This document shows positions 1-15,515 of a stretch of 64,000 nucleotides of DNA, piece by piece. Where the stretch lies: positions 744,001-808,000 of the forward strand of contig NOWV01000017.1 in assembly GCA_003344405.1 (NCBI GenBank), read 5' to 3'. Every line of letters begins with the position of its first letter. The first letter of the stretch is position 1. The notes beneath the pieces are model-generated. The model made no database searches. It was not told where the DNA came from and worked only from the letters and a program-made list of their open reading frames with translations. This stretch comes from Trichoplax sp. H2 (Eukaryota). Both the position numbers and the translations under genes were made by a program.

Positions 1-979
1 ATAATGGAACAGGCATAGAACTAAAAATAAAATCGACTAAAGTATTTACGAAAGTAGTTTATGCCGACTGAATCGCAGTAACTCACATGAGTTATACAGT
101 ATTATCATCGATATTGCGCTAAGCAATGAGACACATCATCACGGCATACTTGAAAGTCTATTCTGAATAAAGAAATAAGTTACGCATGTTATCTTCTAAT
201 AAAGTATGTCAGCATGTATTTACAATAACATTGGACCGATACAAATATATTTCAAACCATACAGATCTACTATTGACAACACAAGATTGGATACAAGATA
301 CTACAAGCATTCCATAAACATCTTAATCTATCTCGATTTTAAAAGTATTACAAGCGTACGCGTACAGTTATACTGTAAAATTCTAACCCAGTCCACAAGA
401 TATACCGATAACATAATTTGCCTACATTTGTATTCGTATGATGATTGACTTTGCGACACAACTATTACAAAATATATTTCACAGGATGGCTAAAGTAATC
501 GCACATTTAGCGTCATAAATCCATACAAAATATTAGACGCAGATGCTAGTCAAAACACGCAAAACAATACCAAAAAGTAAGCATCATCGCCAATCGATAA
601 AAATAGAATTCATAATCTAAATTTCATAATTTGATGACTTGAAGGTTTTCAACTCAGTCTAAATTGAGCGAATGGTACGATGTATTATTTTTACCAGTGT
701 TAACACTGCACTTTAGCCAAGTTAACATTCTGCAATAACGTAACATTAATAACACAACAGGACAATAAGGACGATTTGAATTCTACAACACGAAATAAAT
801 TAATGAATATCAATAACTAAAGATAAATGACAGTGGTCATGAATTAGAAAGCCATAGTACCACAAATGTACGTACAGTAAAAAGTTCGCGCTGCACATCA
901 AAAAAGAGCCGAATTTAGTAATCATTTAATTTACGTTCAACAGCAAAGGGTACACATATTCGATTATACAGTAGCAAGA

Positions 980-2641
<1,662 letters not shown>

Positions 2642-3682
2642 TCTATGACTAGTTTTAATTAATGACTGATCGTTTTGCACATCCTCCACCAGAAAATCTC
2701 TTTTTAATTTTAAAAAATTTGTGAATAACAATATGACTAGGTAATATTTCTATTGCCTAATATCTGGCCTATACGTATCAGTCTACGCAACTATTCTAAT
2801 CAAGATCAGCCAAGTCCCGCAATGGCAGGATATGAGGTGAAAATACTTCCAAAGCGAATGAAGAAAGTGTAAGATAAACCACCAATGTCGAAATATTGAT
2901 TTCCCAGCCGTATGCAGTCGTGTCGAGGATAATGGCGCTATCGCAGCTGAAATCGTTCAATTGAGAATGAAACAATTCAAATTTAAGTCTAAAATGTGAT
3001 TTAGAACAACTCGTCTACTAATTTCGATGATAGCAGGAAAATAAAATGAAATTCATAGCAGCTAAACTAACTCGTGGAGGATTGCTGGAGAAGAAGCAAC
3101 TAAGTCTTGTCCTCCTCCTACAGCAGCAATTTGATGTAGTATGCTCGATACATACGAGAGTAAAGCAGAGCACAGTATAGCACCAATGATAGGCGTCGAT
3201 GAACGTAAGACATGGAGGGCTCGATTTTGATGCCTATGGACTGGGTATAGTGTTAGTATAGTGTATCAAATGCTCACTCCTGTAAGCAAATACACTACGA
3301 ATCTATACTAAGCCTGTAGTATAATCGTATCCATGTTATACAGCAACATTCTCCGTGGATCATCAAGCCGATTAATGATGATGCAGCTACTTCGTTATTG
3401 CAAGAGCTCTCTATAACATATACAAGCGAATAACCACTTTAATCGAGCACCATGATGTTGTTCATTACTTCTTCATCTGTTGGATCATCGTAGAATTGGA
3501 GGTATCAATTGCGATCATACGAATTTAGATTAAATCCAAGTCGTTCATGATCATCCATTCATTGCAAGACTGGACCTCGTATCTGTTTAAACCATCGTTG
3601 AAATTGACATAGATACCGAAAGATTTCAATCTCCTTCAGTAGAAACTAATACATTCCCATAATTTAGCAGGCAAATTCACAA

Positions 3683-5868
3683 ATGGCAGTACTACATCGA
3701 TATAGAATGATTTATATTTTATTATCCATTGTCATTGGCATATCGATTACTAATTGCACCCACAATTTACGTCAACATGATTCCCATCCCATGCAAAATT
3801 CACCGCTATATCCAGGTAACTCATTGCTCTAGGATGCACCTTGATGGTGATAATTTCTTCTCATTTGTAAATTGAAGTGATTAGAGACTGAAACTTAATA
3901 CTTATGCCTATCTTGATTAAATCTTGTGTATGGAATAGTTTATCAGCATCTACTATACACTATATGTACATTGATAGGTTAGCCTGTATCAAAATTTCTC
4001 ATACGTATCATCTAATCTATTGCGTGTATATGTATTAATTTATTTGATAGATAAAAGAGACGATGGTTGTCATAAAGATGAGAATAAAAACTTAGCCTCT
4101 ATCGATCGATCTGCAGCACTGGAAGGTTTTCATAGGTGCATTCATTTATAAAATAGCCTAGTCGTGTTAATTGTTATTCATTCAGAATAATGTTATGGAA
4201 TGCTTTTGTGGTAATGTTATGTAATTTAGCTCGATACAGTATACCAAACGGTCATGAGTGCTTCAACTAACTGTAAATCAAAGTATACAGTATCATGTAC
4301 ATTAATAATAAGACGATATTGCCATCAATCTGAAAACTCGAATACTATAGTTGGAAAGCAACGAATCCAACAAAAATGTCGACACACTAATTTATAGAGT
4401 CAAGGATGAATAACAAATATTTAAAGTGTACTCTTAAAAGCTATCATAGCAATAACTTGCACTCTTAAACATATACCCTTACAATTACTGATCACCATCT
4501 ACTACGTCCATAATAATCATTATCATGTAGGGATTTAATAACCAAAATCAACTTTCGCTCCGAGGTTAAGTCAAATTTAACTTCATTTTCCGATCAATGC
4601 TCATTATTACTGGTAGAAAGGTTACCAACGGGTATTTATGTCGATTTAGACCAGGTTTTAATAGTATAAAATATCACTCTCATATAATTAATTGAAATTG
4701 AAAGAGAACCAACCTATTCTCTTCGCTATTTCTTAAAATTAGTTTATGCTCTTCATTTTATAGGTAGCAGAAATGGAAAGGCTACTTAAAGATATCTCGG
4801 TATATATTCAAATAAATATATCTATTATACGCACAATTTTAATCCAAAATCATATTTCAGTCCGTAATTTAAATCTTAAGTAATTACTATTGCTACAGGT
4901 TATATCTTCTGACAGAATCGATGTCGAAAAACCTGCTCATTTATCAACGGAGCATTTACTCCTGGTATATGCAAGAATAAACCCAATTACTGACGTAAGG
5001 TAAGTCGCGTCTTTTATTGCTGTTATCATTTTCCTTCCGTTTCCGTTAAATTTTTATCGTCATTCATTACTTAATTTGCTTCAAATAAAATGTAGTAGAA
5101 ATACGCGTATTCGTGTCATAGATGTAACTGATTTAAGTGACATGATTACATCGTTGTCATTAATTAAACAATACGACGTATAACCCCCTTGATGACAATA
5201 AATGATAAAAACGTTTTAACCGCAATTATAATTTTTAATCTTGTAATTTTGAACGGAAATACTTGCAATAGATCTACTAAGGTCTCACTTCCAATCCACC
5301 TACGTTATCACCTACCCCAGGATGACTGGTATGGCTACACAGAAGTTGTTATGCCTCGTCCAATGTTAATACTTATCCATTGTGATAAAGGTTAGCAATT
5401 GCTTAAACTCCAATTTCCAGTAAATCAATCGGCTGTTAACAACCAGACACTGCTAAATAACCTCTTGGTCAATTTATATATATTTAGAACTACCGGAATT
5501 CCAGTGTCAACCTAAATATACAGCTCCATGCAGCAATTCGAATAAGAGTTCTTGCGTTTGGAATCTCCTTTATGTGTGTATATACCCCTTATAACAAATA
5601 TCTGCAGGCACTTAATTATTTACACTATTGATTACTGAACCTTGTTTTTATGCACGAACTTCAGGATAATGAAAATGAAGATTCAGCCAATGAAATTATT
5701 CTTAAGGTACCTGTTGGAATTGTGAAGCATGGAGTTTTAGTCTCAATTGGAACGATTATTTCTGCAATTGCTGGAACAATTATTTTAATTATAGCTATAA
5801 GAAATGCATTCAGCGGAAAGGCAACGTACAAAGACAGTAATTACGTTTTAAAATCAAAAGTGCAGTAG
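3683..5868 (+). CDS. PIGX: GPI mannosyltransferase I subunit PIG-X (PIG-X/PBN1 family)
   Basis: Exons ~3683-3815 (signal-peptide-like MIYILLSIVIGISIT), 4051-4135 (LEGFHR), 4531-4654 (CSLLLVERLPTGIYVDLDQ), 4764-4799, 4899-4999 (IDVEKPAHLS), 5272-5390 (LPIHLRYHLP), 5488-5573 (APCSNSNKSSCVW) and 5665-5868 (VPVG plus C-terminal TM). All junctions are frame-compatible. Confidence 0.9.
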
Positions 5869-6427
5869 CTAAGTTATTTATATAACTCGCTTATATGCAA
5901 TCAATTTGTTACGGAGGTCAATTAACAAATATGTATATTTTTATAAATAGTATACAAATTAGACTCGTCTTTAATTGTATGAGTTGATCATATTCATCAC
6001 ACGTATTTCAAGGCCCTATGGCGTAAACATTCAAAGAATCCAATTTATTTGTAATAGTAAAGATAAAATGTTTACAATTTCAGATCGATATCATCTATAG
6101 AGATTATGATCATTTTCATAAATTGTATTATTATAATAAAAGATGTTAATGCAAACTATAACCGAAGATCATAACACTATCACATTTTAATTATCTTCGT
6201 AGTAATTTCAAAGTGAGTAAAAATCGTGGTAACCGTTTAATAATCAAAAAGATTTTACATGATTGATGTATGTATTTGTCTTAGTACGAGATATAAATAC
6301 TTGAATTTACAGCAACTTAGCGCCATTCGTATAATTATGATATTGTGTTACTGCAAATTGTAGCTAAAAATTTCGAAAGTCATGCAATTAACACTACTTT
6401 AGCCCTAAATACAAACGCTGGATCAGA

Positions 6428-8289
6428 TTAAGTTTTCAACATTTTCGTAATTAATTGCTGACCATCTCCGTCAGCTTTTCGTTTGTTTACGTTTTCAAGA
6501 GGAATATTAAATTTAGTAGAAATTTCAGCTGCCCAGAGAGCTAGTTCTACTTTATGAGCGTTCCAGTTGTCTGATTCTTCTATAAAAGGTAACAAAGTGT
6601 TGTTGAATTCAGTGTGCAGCTTAGAGTATACCTGTCTGTAAAGTTACATGGATAGATGTATCTTCCTGTCACAAGTATAGTGTATGATTCCTAAGTTGAC
6701 TAAAGTATCCACACTGGCGCAAACGTATGCAATCGTTTTTAAACGCATACACGGATCTAAAGGAAGCGATACCTAACATTTATATTGTACCTATTTACGG
6801 AATGATATACTGCAGTAGTAATACCGCAATCACTAAGTAATAAAATCGATGAATATATAAAATTATCGGGATTCTCATTCCATAATATATATATCTATAT
6901 ATATAATATTTATCACTAACCCGCCTTATTTAATTTTTTGGCACGATCAACTATCTTTTGTGTATACTTGTTAAAATATGATATATCGTATTTGATCATT
7001 CCAAGGCTAGCCACCCCAGCCATCGATTCATCAGCCATGAATGGAACGGATTCAGGACATGCAGCACATAAAATTGCTTACAAGTTTAAGTGGTAGTAAC
7101 TTAATTAGACTATGGCATGAAATTATATTTAAAGTAGGTGATCAACTTCGTTGTATATAATGATTTAAATTCTAAATTTCACTAGTGTAAATAGCTTGTA
7201 TTACTGTTGTTGCTTACCGGATGCAGTCGCTGGGCCGACAGCTTTTAGTTCTGTAAGCTTATTGCAAGCAGCTAGTCTATCGGGTAATTTACTAAACGCT
7301 TCCTTCGAAATATCAATAACTTGTTTATCTTCATTTTTCTTGATCATTTGACCTAATCCAGGTCTAAATTTACCTCGCTAAACATTACGAATAATAGCGT
7401 CAACTTATAACTTCGTATGCTACTATTTTCCTTGTTCCTTATAAAAATGTATTCTAAGTGACGGTGATAAGCAAAGTTGAGTTGACTAACCGAGAGTTTC
7501 CATTCCATTAATTTTACTAGCTCACTTTTTAGTATATGTTTCTCTTTCCTTTTATTGATAGCCTTAGGTAGTTGATTTTGATACCTGGTCATAGTAAAAG
7601 TACGAACACATACATAGAATGTATTTTTATATCACGATAAAATATGATATGGAATATGAATGAATATACTGTGCAATTTGCAAATTTATTAATCACAACT
7701 TGTGCTGTAAATATAGTTATTATTGCAAATCATTTTGCAACAAATAGCTGACGACTATTATAATTACATTTGACATGATACAGAATTCAGACTACAAAGT
7801 GCACTTTAAGATCACGATCCAAGATCACATCACATGGAATTTGTTACTGCACAATCGATAAAGATAAATGCAACAATCGACAAGCCGTACACATTTCAAC
7901 GTGTGAACTACTAATGTCTACGCGAACTGGTATTTACAGTTAATGGATGAAAATAAAGTAAAGCTACAGATACAAATGTTCAATAGATTTATTTGCTGTA
8001 TATATGAATTGTATATTAGTGCCTGTATAATGTGTTAAGATCGTTCGATTGCATTCAAAGGTACTCTTTCAGCTCAAATAAGCAGCCGAAAGTGTTTAGC
8101 GTTCATACAGCAGTTATCATATGCACACTAGCCATATAGTCCTCCTTACCAGTTATCTAAAGCTACGACATCAGCCCTTGGTTTTCGATTTCCAGTAGCA
8201 GTAAATCTTGCTTTTAGAACATCCTCGTACCTAGACAACGCTACTGTCCATTGAGTTAAATCGTCACTCTCGTAAAGTGCAGCAGCCAT
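6428..8289 (-). CDS. Amun-like conserved protein with a putative HhH DNA-glycosylase-like fold
   Basis: Five exons (~8150-8289, 7492-7584, 7219-7377, 6921-7076, 6428-6579) give ..LDNWYQNQLP..ELVKLMEWKLSRGKFRPGL..LTELKAVGPATASAILCAACPESVPFMADES..WNAHKVELALW. These motifs are typical of the Drosophila Amun family, with HhH-like LxxVGPATAS. Confidence 0.85.
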
Positions 8290-8737
8290 AATGATATGGA
8301 CTAACTACTGTAATGACTGTCAGCAACAGGTATAAACGTATAAACTATGTGCTAGAAAATAAAGAGCTAATGCTAGTAGTGCATCCAAAAAATCATCGAA
8401 ATTACTAACAGCAATCCAATCTAGACCTGATTCCAATCCAATCAAAGCTATCAAAAAGATTACGGTCCAGAATCCTGACGTCCGATGACTATGAGCAAAT
8501 TTCCCTTTACATCTCCCGCCAAAATATGCGCGTGCTCATTTCGTCTATCAGGTTGTCAATAAAGGAAGAAACAATTTTTCCTTCTTAATTCTATTATGAA
8601 AAGTCAGTAAAACTCTTTGACCGTAGAGTGAATATACGTCATTACAAGCTATACTGGGTTAGGTAAGTTAGCATTCTATGATTCAATCTCGTCCATTAAA
8701 TTGCCAGTTCGTCCATCTCCTAAAGCCAGGGAAAATC

Positions 8738-8890
8738 CATACTGTGCAGTGTGCACTATGCTGAGATATTCCTTTGCCTGCACGATGCATACAGTGTACA
8801 GTACAATACTGTACAGTACTGTACTGTACTGATAGACTAGACATTGACTCGATGTTACAGTACATACTGTTACTATGCACTGTACACGTG
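8738..8890. repeat. CAGTA/TACTG low-complexity palindromic tract between the divergent Amun-like and NTHL1 genes
   Basis: e.g. acagtgtacagtacaatactgtacagtactgtactgtactg. Confidence 0.85.
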
Positions 8891-9048
8891 CATGCTAATG
8901 TTTATTTACAGTTGGGCCCAAATGTAGAAAAGCAGAGCTGCAACTGTTACAAACTCAAGCAGTAAATAGATTACTGTCTAACCTTTAGTATCTTGTAATT
9001 TAATTTCCACCGACTACAGTAGTGCCGATGCACGTGCAATAAAAGCTT

Positions 9049-10810
9049 ATGTTATATGTGCCGACAAATTTCTTTTGCACATTGCCAAGGTTAAGTCGAC
9101 TGATTTGGAATATGGCAGAAAGCGCATCTCTTCATGCTCGACCTGAGCTGCACAATGCAAGAGCAGGTCGAAGAAAACACCTCGATATTCAATATGAAAA
9201 TGATCCCATCAAAAAAGTTAAAGGTCCAAGTCCTATTGCTAGAAAAAAACGTGTCGAGAAGGTACAAAAGCAACATGTTGATAAGGGTGAAAAGCCCTCT
9301 TGGGAGCCAAAAAACTGGCATTTACAACTGCAAAATATAAGAGAAATGCGAAAAGCTAAGGACGCTCCTGTAGATACGATGGGCTGCTCTGAATTATCGG
9401 ATAGATCCGAATCTGTAGAGGTACGAGTATATACTCGTCTACGCGTATGCAATCTTTAATTTTTTCATGCTGTACTTGAGGAGTTTCTGATACTGAGCTA
9501 GCCTGAAATGATGAACTATGGATTACTGTACTGCAAAGAAACCTAGTAGTCTATGGTATTGCCTAAATGATACCAGATGCTTACTTTGGAGCAATTCGCG
9601 TATAAAAATTTTACTTTTGCATAGCTAATTTTCAGTATACAACTACCTTACTTTTGATGGCATGGCAAATCACTCAATAGTAAATTTTAAATTCTGTATG
9701 TAATATTTACGACGCACTCTTGTCCTGCAATCATTAAACACTGAAAGCAGACTGCATGTCCGAATTGTGTATTGCAAACTTACGTATACGCGTATGATCA
9801 ACATCTCTCAATAATTTCTTGTATCGGATATTCTGGAATTCACTGTACTGTACAGGTGCAAAGATACCAGATCTTAATCTCCTTAATGCTATCCAGCCAA
9901 ACTAAAGACCAAATCACTGCAGCAGCCATGCATAGGCTCAAAAATCATGGTTTAACCATGGATAATGTTATGGCTACCTCGGACAAACAATTGGGAGAAT
10001 TAATTTTCCCAGTCGGATTTTGGCAAGTAATACTCACATGCAATAATTTTAGTATCAGTAATTGTTGAGGTAGTTAGCTTAAGGTACCGGACCTGATGCA
10101 TTTAAACTTATCTAATTAATACTCGGCAACAGAAATTTTATCAGTCTTTAAGTGTTGTACCTTATTGCTTATCCATTCTTATGTACTGTATTATTATTCA
10201 TCAGAGAAAAGTACAATATATTAAAAGGACTACAGCAATGTTAATCGAAAAGTACAACAAGGATATCCCACCGACGCTGGATGAATTGAAGGCACTGCCT
10301 GGGATCGGACCTAAAATGGCTCATTTAATAATGCTTTCAGCATGGAATTCGGTTGTCGGTATTGGTGTGGATACACATGTCCATCGTATCTCCAATCGCC
10401 TAAAGTGGGTAAAGAAACCGACTACTGACCCAGAGAAAACAAGAATAGCTTTAGAAGAATGGTTACCGAGGTATGATAGATTTGTAGCTGACGTCAGCAT
10501 AACCTAAAGGAATTGGGATTGAATCAATTTTATTCAATTCGATCCAAGCTTACTAAGTACATTGTAATATACTGTAGTAAAGATAAATGTACTTTATCAG
10601 TATGCTGTACAATACTGAATCAGCTTTAAATAAAACTACTTGATAACTCAATGGGATTACCAGTATGATCTTCCTGTTTTTAGAAATGAGTGGAGAGAAA
10701 TAAATTGCTTAATGGTTGGGTTTGGTCAAACTATATGTCTGCCTATTAATCCATTATGCGATAATTGCCTTAACAAGCCTATCTGCCCGTACGGCAAAAG
10801 AGGAAGATAG
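9049..10810 (+). CDS. NTHL1: Endonuclease III-like DNA glycosylase/AP lyase
   Basis: Exons 9049(or 9112)-9420, 9856-10026, 10205-10470 and 10684-10810. Motifs: [17 protein letters not shown], Hh[18 protein letters not shown] and [4Fe-4S] motif [17 protein letters not shown] (C-x6-C-x2-C-x5-C). Confidence 0.97.
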
Positions 10811-11932
10811 AGCAAGATTTGCTACATGCACATATCTTTTAAAATCGTCGATACTTAAAGTCTCTTTATTTGTAATTGATAAAATCAATGGCCTTAAACG
10901 TAATTGTTGAGATCAACGGTTAAGTTATCCAGGTGTTACTTCAGCAGTAAATTGGTTAATCAATATAATGAATAACATTTACTGTAACAATGAAAAATGT
11001 ATGACGCTGCCATAGATCGATTCTGAAAAATGATTATTATCTCTTGATTAATCAACCAAAAATATCGTTGTGTCTTACTTTATTGATAGAGTCACCTGTT
11101 TTATATCATTTTCGCTATAGACTTCATTATTATAGCCTCTGATGCGTATTTATGCTGTACAATGCTTGCTTTACGATATCCGTTTTATCTATGGTACATG
11201 CATCTTCAAGACTGCTACGTAATTGTGTATCTGTATGAATACTGTACTTTGGCATTCGATCACACTATATCAATGCTGTACGGTGGATTGTAGACTAGTA
11301 GATTCTTTGTTCACAAATTGCCCAGCTCTATTAATTATTGCAAAAGACGATAACTACGGTAAGTTGAACCAATCTAATTAAAGAAAAATACAATATACGG
11401 TATGTTTTCCACCTATTCTATATTCGATTCGAAATTTCGAAGATTCAATTCATTTTTCATTATTGTCGCATGTTGCTTGTTAATTCCTAAAAAGTTTTCT
11501 TTTACTGTATTTGATGGCTAGTCATACAGTACTGTATACGAGTGATGTAGGCTATCTAGCTGGGATATAGTATGCGTATATCGACAACAAAATGTGTGCG
11601 GACCAACATTTTGTAGGGGTCTGGTGCAAATTTTCATAAATTACTATGTTCTGAGGTGTCTAGTACAAACGTTATTTATTACAACACAATGTCATTTGAT
11701 AATATTATTTTCAGTATAGCGCAAGGTAAATCAGTCATATGAGACTATTGTTATAGTTTATTGTTCATACTCTCACCCAATTTTCCATACAGAATTGCAG
11801 ATATGTAAATCTTTACAACCACTCAAATCATTTAATTTCTGTGTAACACTGTAGTGCGTAAACATACACTTAGAAAAATTACCATTACTTTTTCTGCATT
11901 ATGATCGACTCAAATAATTTTACTTCACAGGG

Positions 11933-14900
11933 CTACTTTTTGCTTGTAGTCCTACCAGAATCTTTCGTAGTAGTTGACTTCTTTTCTTCAGCTGCCTTTT
12001 TCGATGCTTCACGCTCCTTAGCCTTTGCCTCTCTTTCCTTCCTAATTATAGCTAAGCGGGCTAAATCAGCACGAGCTTCTTCTGTTTTGCCTTCGGCTCG
12101 TAATTTTTCATATTTTATGCGATCTTGTTGGCGTTTAATCTCTTCTCTAAAAACGAATTTTACATGTATAGCGCCTAGTTAGTATTTTGTAAGACTGAGA
12201 AAATGAATTTAAACCATATTCACTCTTTGCAATGGTCAAATTCATGTAAAATTATGCCAATGTAAATACAGGATAGCATGTTACCTTTCTCGTCTCGATA
12301 ATTCGACCTTGGGGGCAGCATCTGTATCTAACTGACTAACTTTTTTCACTTTAGCTTGTGCTCTATTCGGATTTTCTATATCAATTAAGCCTTCTACACC
12401 TTTAGCCTTTGAGGAACCCTAGGTATGAGAAGACAGTTACTGTGTTAGAGTGTGTGACATCACAACATAATTTAGGTGATAGAACAATTGTAATATTTAT
12501 GTATAAACAGTCAAATTCCTTCCTTTTTATTAAATCTACTCGTGTACAAAGCCGAAGCAAATTTGTTAATGATTTAATAAATTTTTTCAATGAATTAGTT
12601 AATCATTCAAACTATAAATATCACTATTTTTATATGCTAGTGTGTGTCAGAATTTTGTATTCTGAATAAGAATAGGAAATTGCACCTTGAGCGCCAATTT
12701 TGAACTTACATTGTTCTGATAACATACAATGCAATGAACTCTGCAAACACTTACTTCTTCGCCGCTAGAATTACCACTTTCTTCATCTTCTTCTTCATCA
12801 CTTCCTGGTGGTAAATCACGATTCTGTATACCAATGGAAATATGAAAGAACCTAGTTTTAAAATTTTAACTAGGAAATAACACACACCAGCTAATAATAA
12901 CCATATACGTAGGCTGAAGGATGTCTTTTTAAAAGTAAAAATTAGAAAAATACTAAAGCTCATATATTGTTACATAATTAAAATTATCTTTAGCAATACA
13001 ACATTTTAGTATATTGTTACTGTGTAACTTGTATACTAATTTTGCAATATACGTACGAGTAGTACATACATATCATGAATACATAAAAATCATCCATTTT
13101 TACATTTGTAAAAGTCTTCTGCTGTTTCGTTCACATTATCCTATCTGATTAGGATTACAATAGCAGTACTCAGACCGTAAATATTAGATTGCTTATAAAG
13201 CAGAGATGATACGATGGGATGATTCGACAGAAATGGGTGTTACAGTGGTAGCTACAACCCAGACTGAGTTTACAGATGATTATTAGTTACACATCACCAT
13301 TACAGCTCAAGGGACACGCTACATTAAGTAAAATTATAAATTAATCAATTCTTTCAACAATTTCATGCAATTATAGTCGATCTCAGTGAATTCTGTCTTA
13401 GATAGTAATTTAAGAATTTATCAACCAATATCAACAAGAAACTAATAGCAAATGTATAACATTTATTACGTAATCTTCCTACTCTACAGTAGAATAAGAT
13501 CGCACTATTTCTAACAATGTTATTGCTTATCATTAGAGGGGTGTGCTAGCAGTAGTTTAGCTGTGATTCTAGATAGAAAAGTGGTACAAATTGCAATCTA
13601 ATTGTATACAATAAATAGTAATATCTGAATGGCATCGAATATTACTTTTTTATTTTATAGTGGGAAATTCTACTGTATGAAGAAGTATAGTTTAACCTAA
13701 TTTAATTAAAAAAGTAGTAAGTTAATATAAAACATTTTGCGTATAGTATAAGGTTGTTGTCGTTTTTTTGTAGTGAACTTGATGAGCATTACATACTTGA
13801 CAGCTGGATGTATGGGTTTGCTAGTATAAATATTTATAATTGTCCATTTTGGCTTACTATAATTACTGGAAGATTCGAACAAAAATGAGATCAAGTTACT
13901 TACTTGTTGCGGTTTCAGCTCTTCTGGTTCGGTAGCATAAACCCTTCGTTTACCTTTATGTGATTTTCCTTTCGCTAGTAGATAGAGCAGTATAAAAAGA
14001 AGAGACAACGATCATAATATTAGTAAGTAAAAAGCAGATTATTTGCATAAACATTAAAATTTGCTTGAAATATGATAGCTAATGTAGTGGATACTAATAT
14101 TAGTGATAACTGTTCTTATTTATCACACATCGTATCACACATACTGCTAATCCATTTACGCAACATGCAAAATATCAGGAAAACAGTTAATTATGCAAAG
14201 TGTCAAGGAGATTCTTCTTCAGGTGAATGAATTTAAAACCCTAATAGGTTAAGTGAAATGCTCAGGAATATAGAATGTAATTTTTCTTGATCAAGATACA
14301 TTCATACTTTGTATGACTGTTGTTTTTAACGCTATCATCATTTTCAATACAAGCTATATCAAGGAAATCCTTTTTACTTTAAAGAGTATACTTATTAAGA
14401 TCTATATACTTCTGGTGGAGACTTTACTTAGTTACACTACAATTTGATTAGAGTCATTATTAATTTAGTTGATTAATAGTGTACAGATTACGCGTATCAG
14501 CAGAGATAGTAAAAACATTATGGCTGATCGCTATTATAAGACTACTTAGGACATGTAGCAGTTCATGTTGTTAAAGTAGTAAAGATTGATTATCAACTTA
14601 TTAAGACTGCAATTCTCGACTATACTGTACTACAGTACAAGATTGTATAGGAATACTTGGGGAGGAATCTCCAAAATCGACCTACTATAAAATCTGTTGA
14701 ATGTCTAAGAATCTAAGCAAGCGTTGTGCCATTTCAAGACAAAGCCATTCGCAGCATGGATAGGATGATTATATTATTTTAGCTCATACTTTTGGACTTG
14801 TTTTGAACCACAGCATCCTATCATCCAATTTGCTTAGCAATGCTGACGTTTAAGTCAACTGTGGAAAGCAAATGTGTCTATTACAGTGGGCATTTTGTTG

Positions 14901-15069
14901 CTTTCAAAATTTAGAATGCAATTCACATCCACCATTGAAATACCGGTGCTAAGAGCAGACAGGATACTACTACTCTACTCTACTCAATACGATCCATTGA
15001 TCACTGCAAAACCGCGATAAAAATACCAATAATAACCTACAATAGACGCCGTAACTTACATTTTGGCAT
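11933..15069 (-). CDS. PDAP1: 28 kDa heat- and acid-stable phosphoprotein (PDGFA-associated protein 1)
   Basis: A 10-nt first coding exon 15060-15069 (ATGCCAAAAT|GTAAG) is followed by ~13902-13975 ([10 protein letters not shown]), ~12756-12824 (acidic), ~12286-12417 ([21 protein letters not shown]) and ~11933-12147 ([20 protein letters not shown]). Confidence 0.93.
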
Positions 15070-15344
15070 GTTGGCAATACAGGTCGGACAAAATCAAGAG
15101 TCTTTCTAAGATAAGTTACGTTGTCGTCGTCGATTAAGAGTAATTGGGATTGAATTTTTAAATTACTACTTAAGGTTGTCTCTGCGTCAACGGAGACTTG
15201 ACTACCTAGCCAGGATTGGAAATCACCTTCAAGCCTTCTCTGTCTGCCTGATGTACGCAACCGTATTTATATACTCTTTACTATTGCACGTTGACAGAGT
15301 CGTGATATTGTATTGCTATTAACACTATTTTGACTGCACCATCC

Positions 15345-15515
15345 ATACGTAGAGTACAGTACTGTGCACTGTCGACTAGCAAATGACTGTAGACTGTAGA
15401 CTGTAGAGTACTGTACTGTACAGTACAGTAGATCATAACGGTTTCCGACCGAACCGAATCTTCTCAGGTCTACAGTGTACAGTGTACAGTGTACAGTACA
15501 GTACAGTACTGCACA
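15345..15515. repeat. CAGTA/TACTG tract between divergent PDAP1 and CPSF4
   Basis: gtactgtactgtacagtacagtag..tacagtgtacagtgtacagtgtacagtacagtacagtactg. Confidence 0.85.

Noticed and set aside
11901-12182. Antisense or shadow ORFs (also 9091-9452, 19525-20006 and 36021-36353)
   Set aside because: They overlap real exons on the opposite strand or in another frame and have no independent coding signal.
13100-13141. Possible extra PDAP1 exon ([12 protein letters not shown])
   Set aside because: The available donor gives a phase incompatible with the next exon, and the flanking exons join in frame without it.
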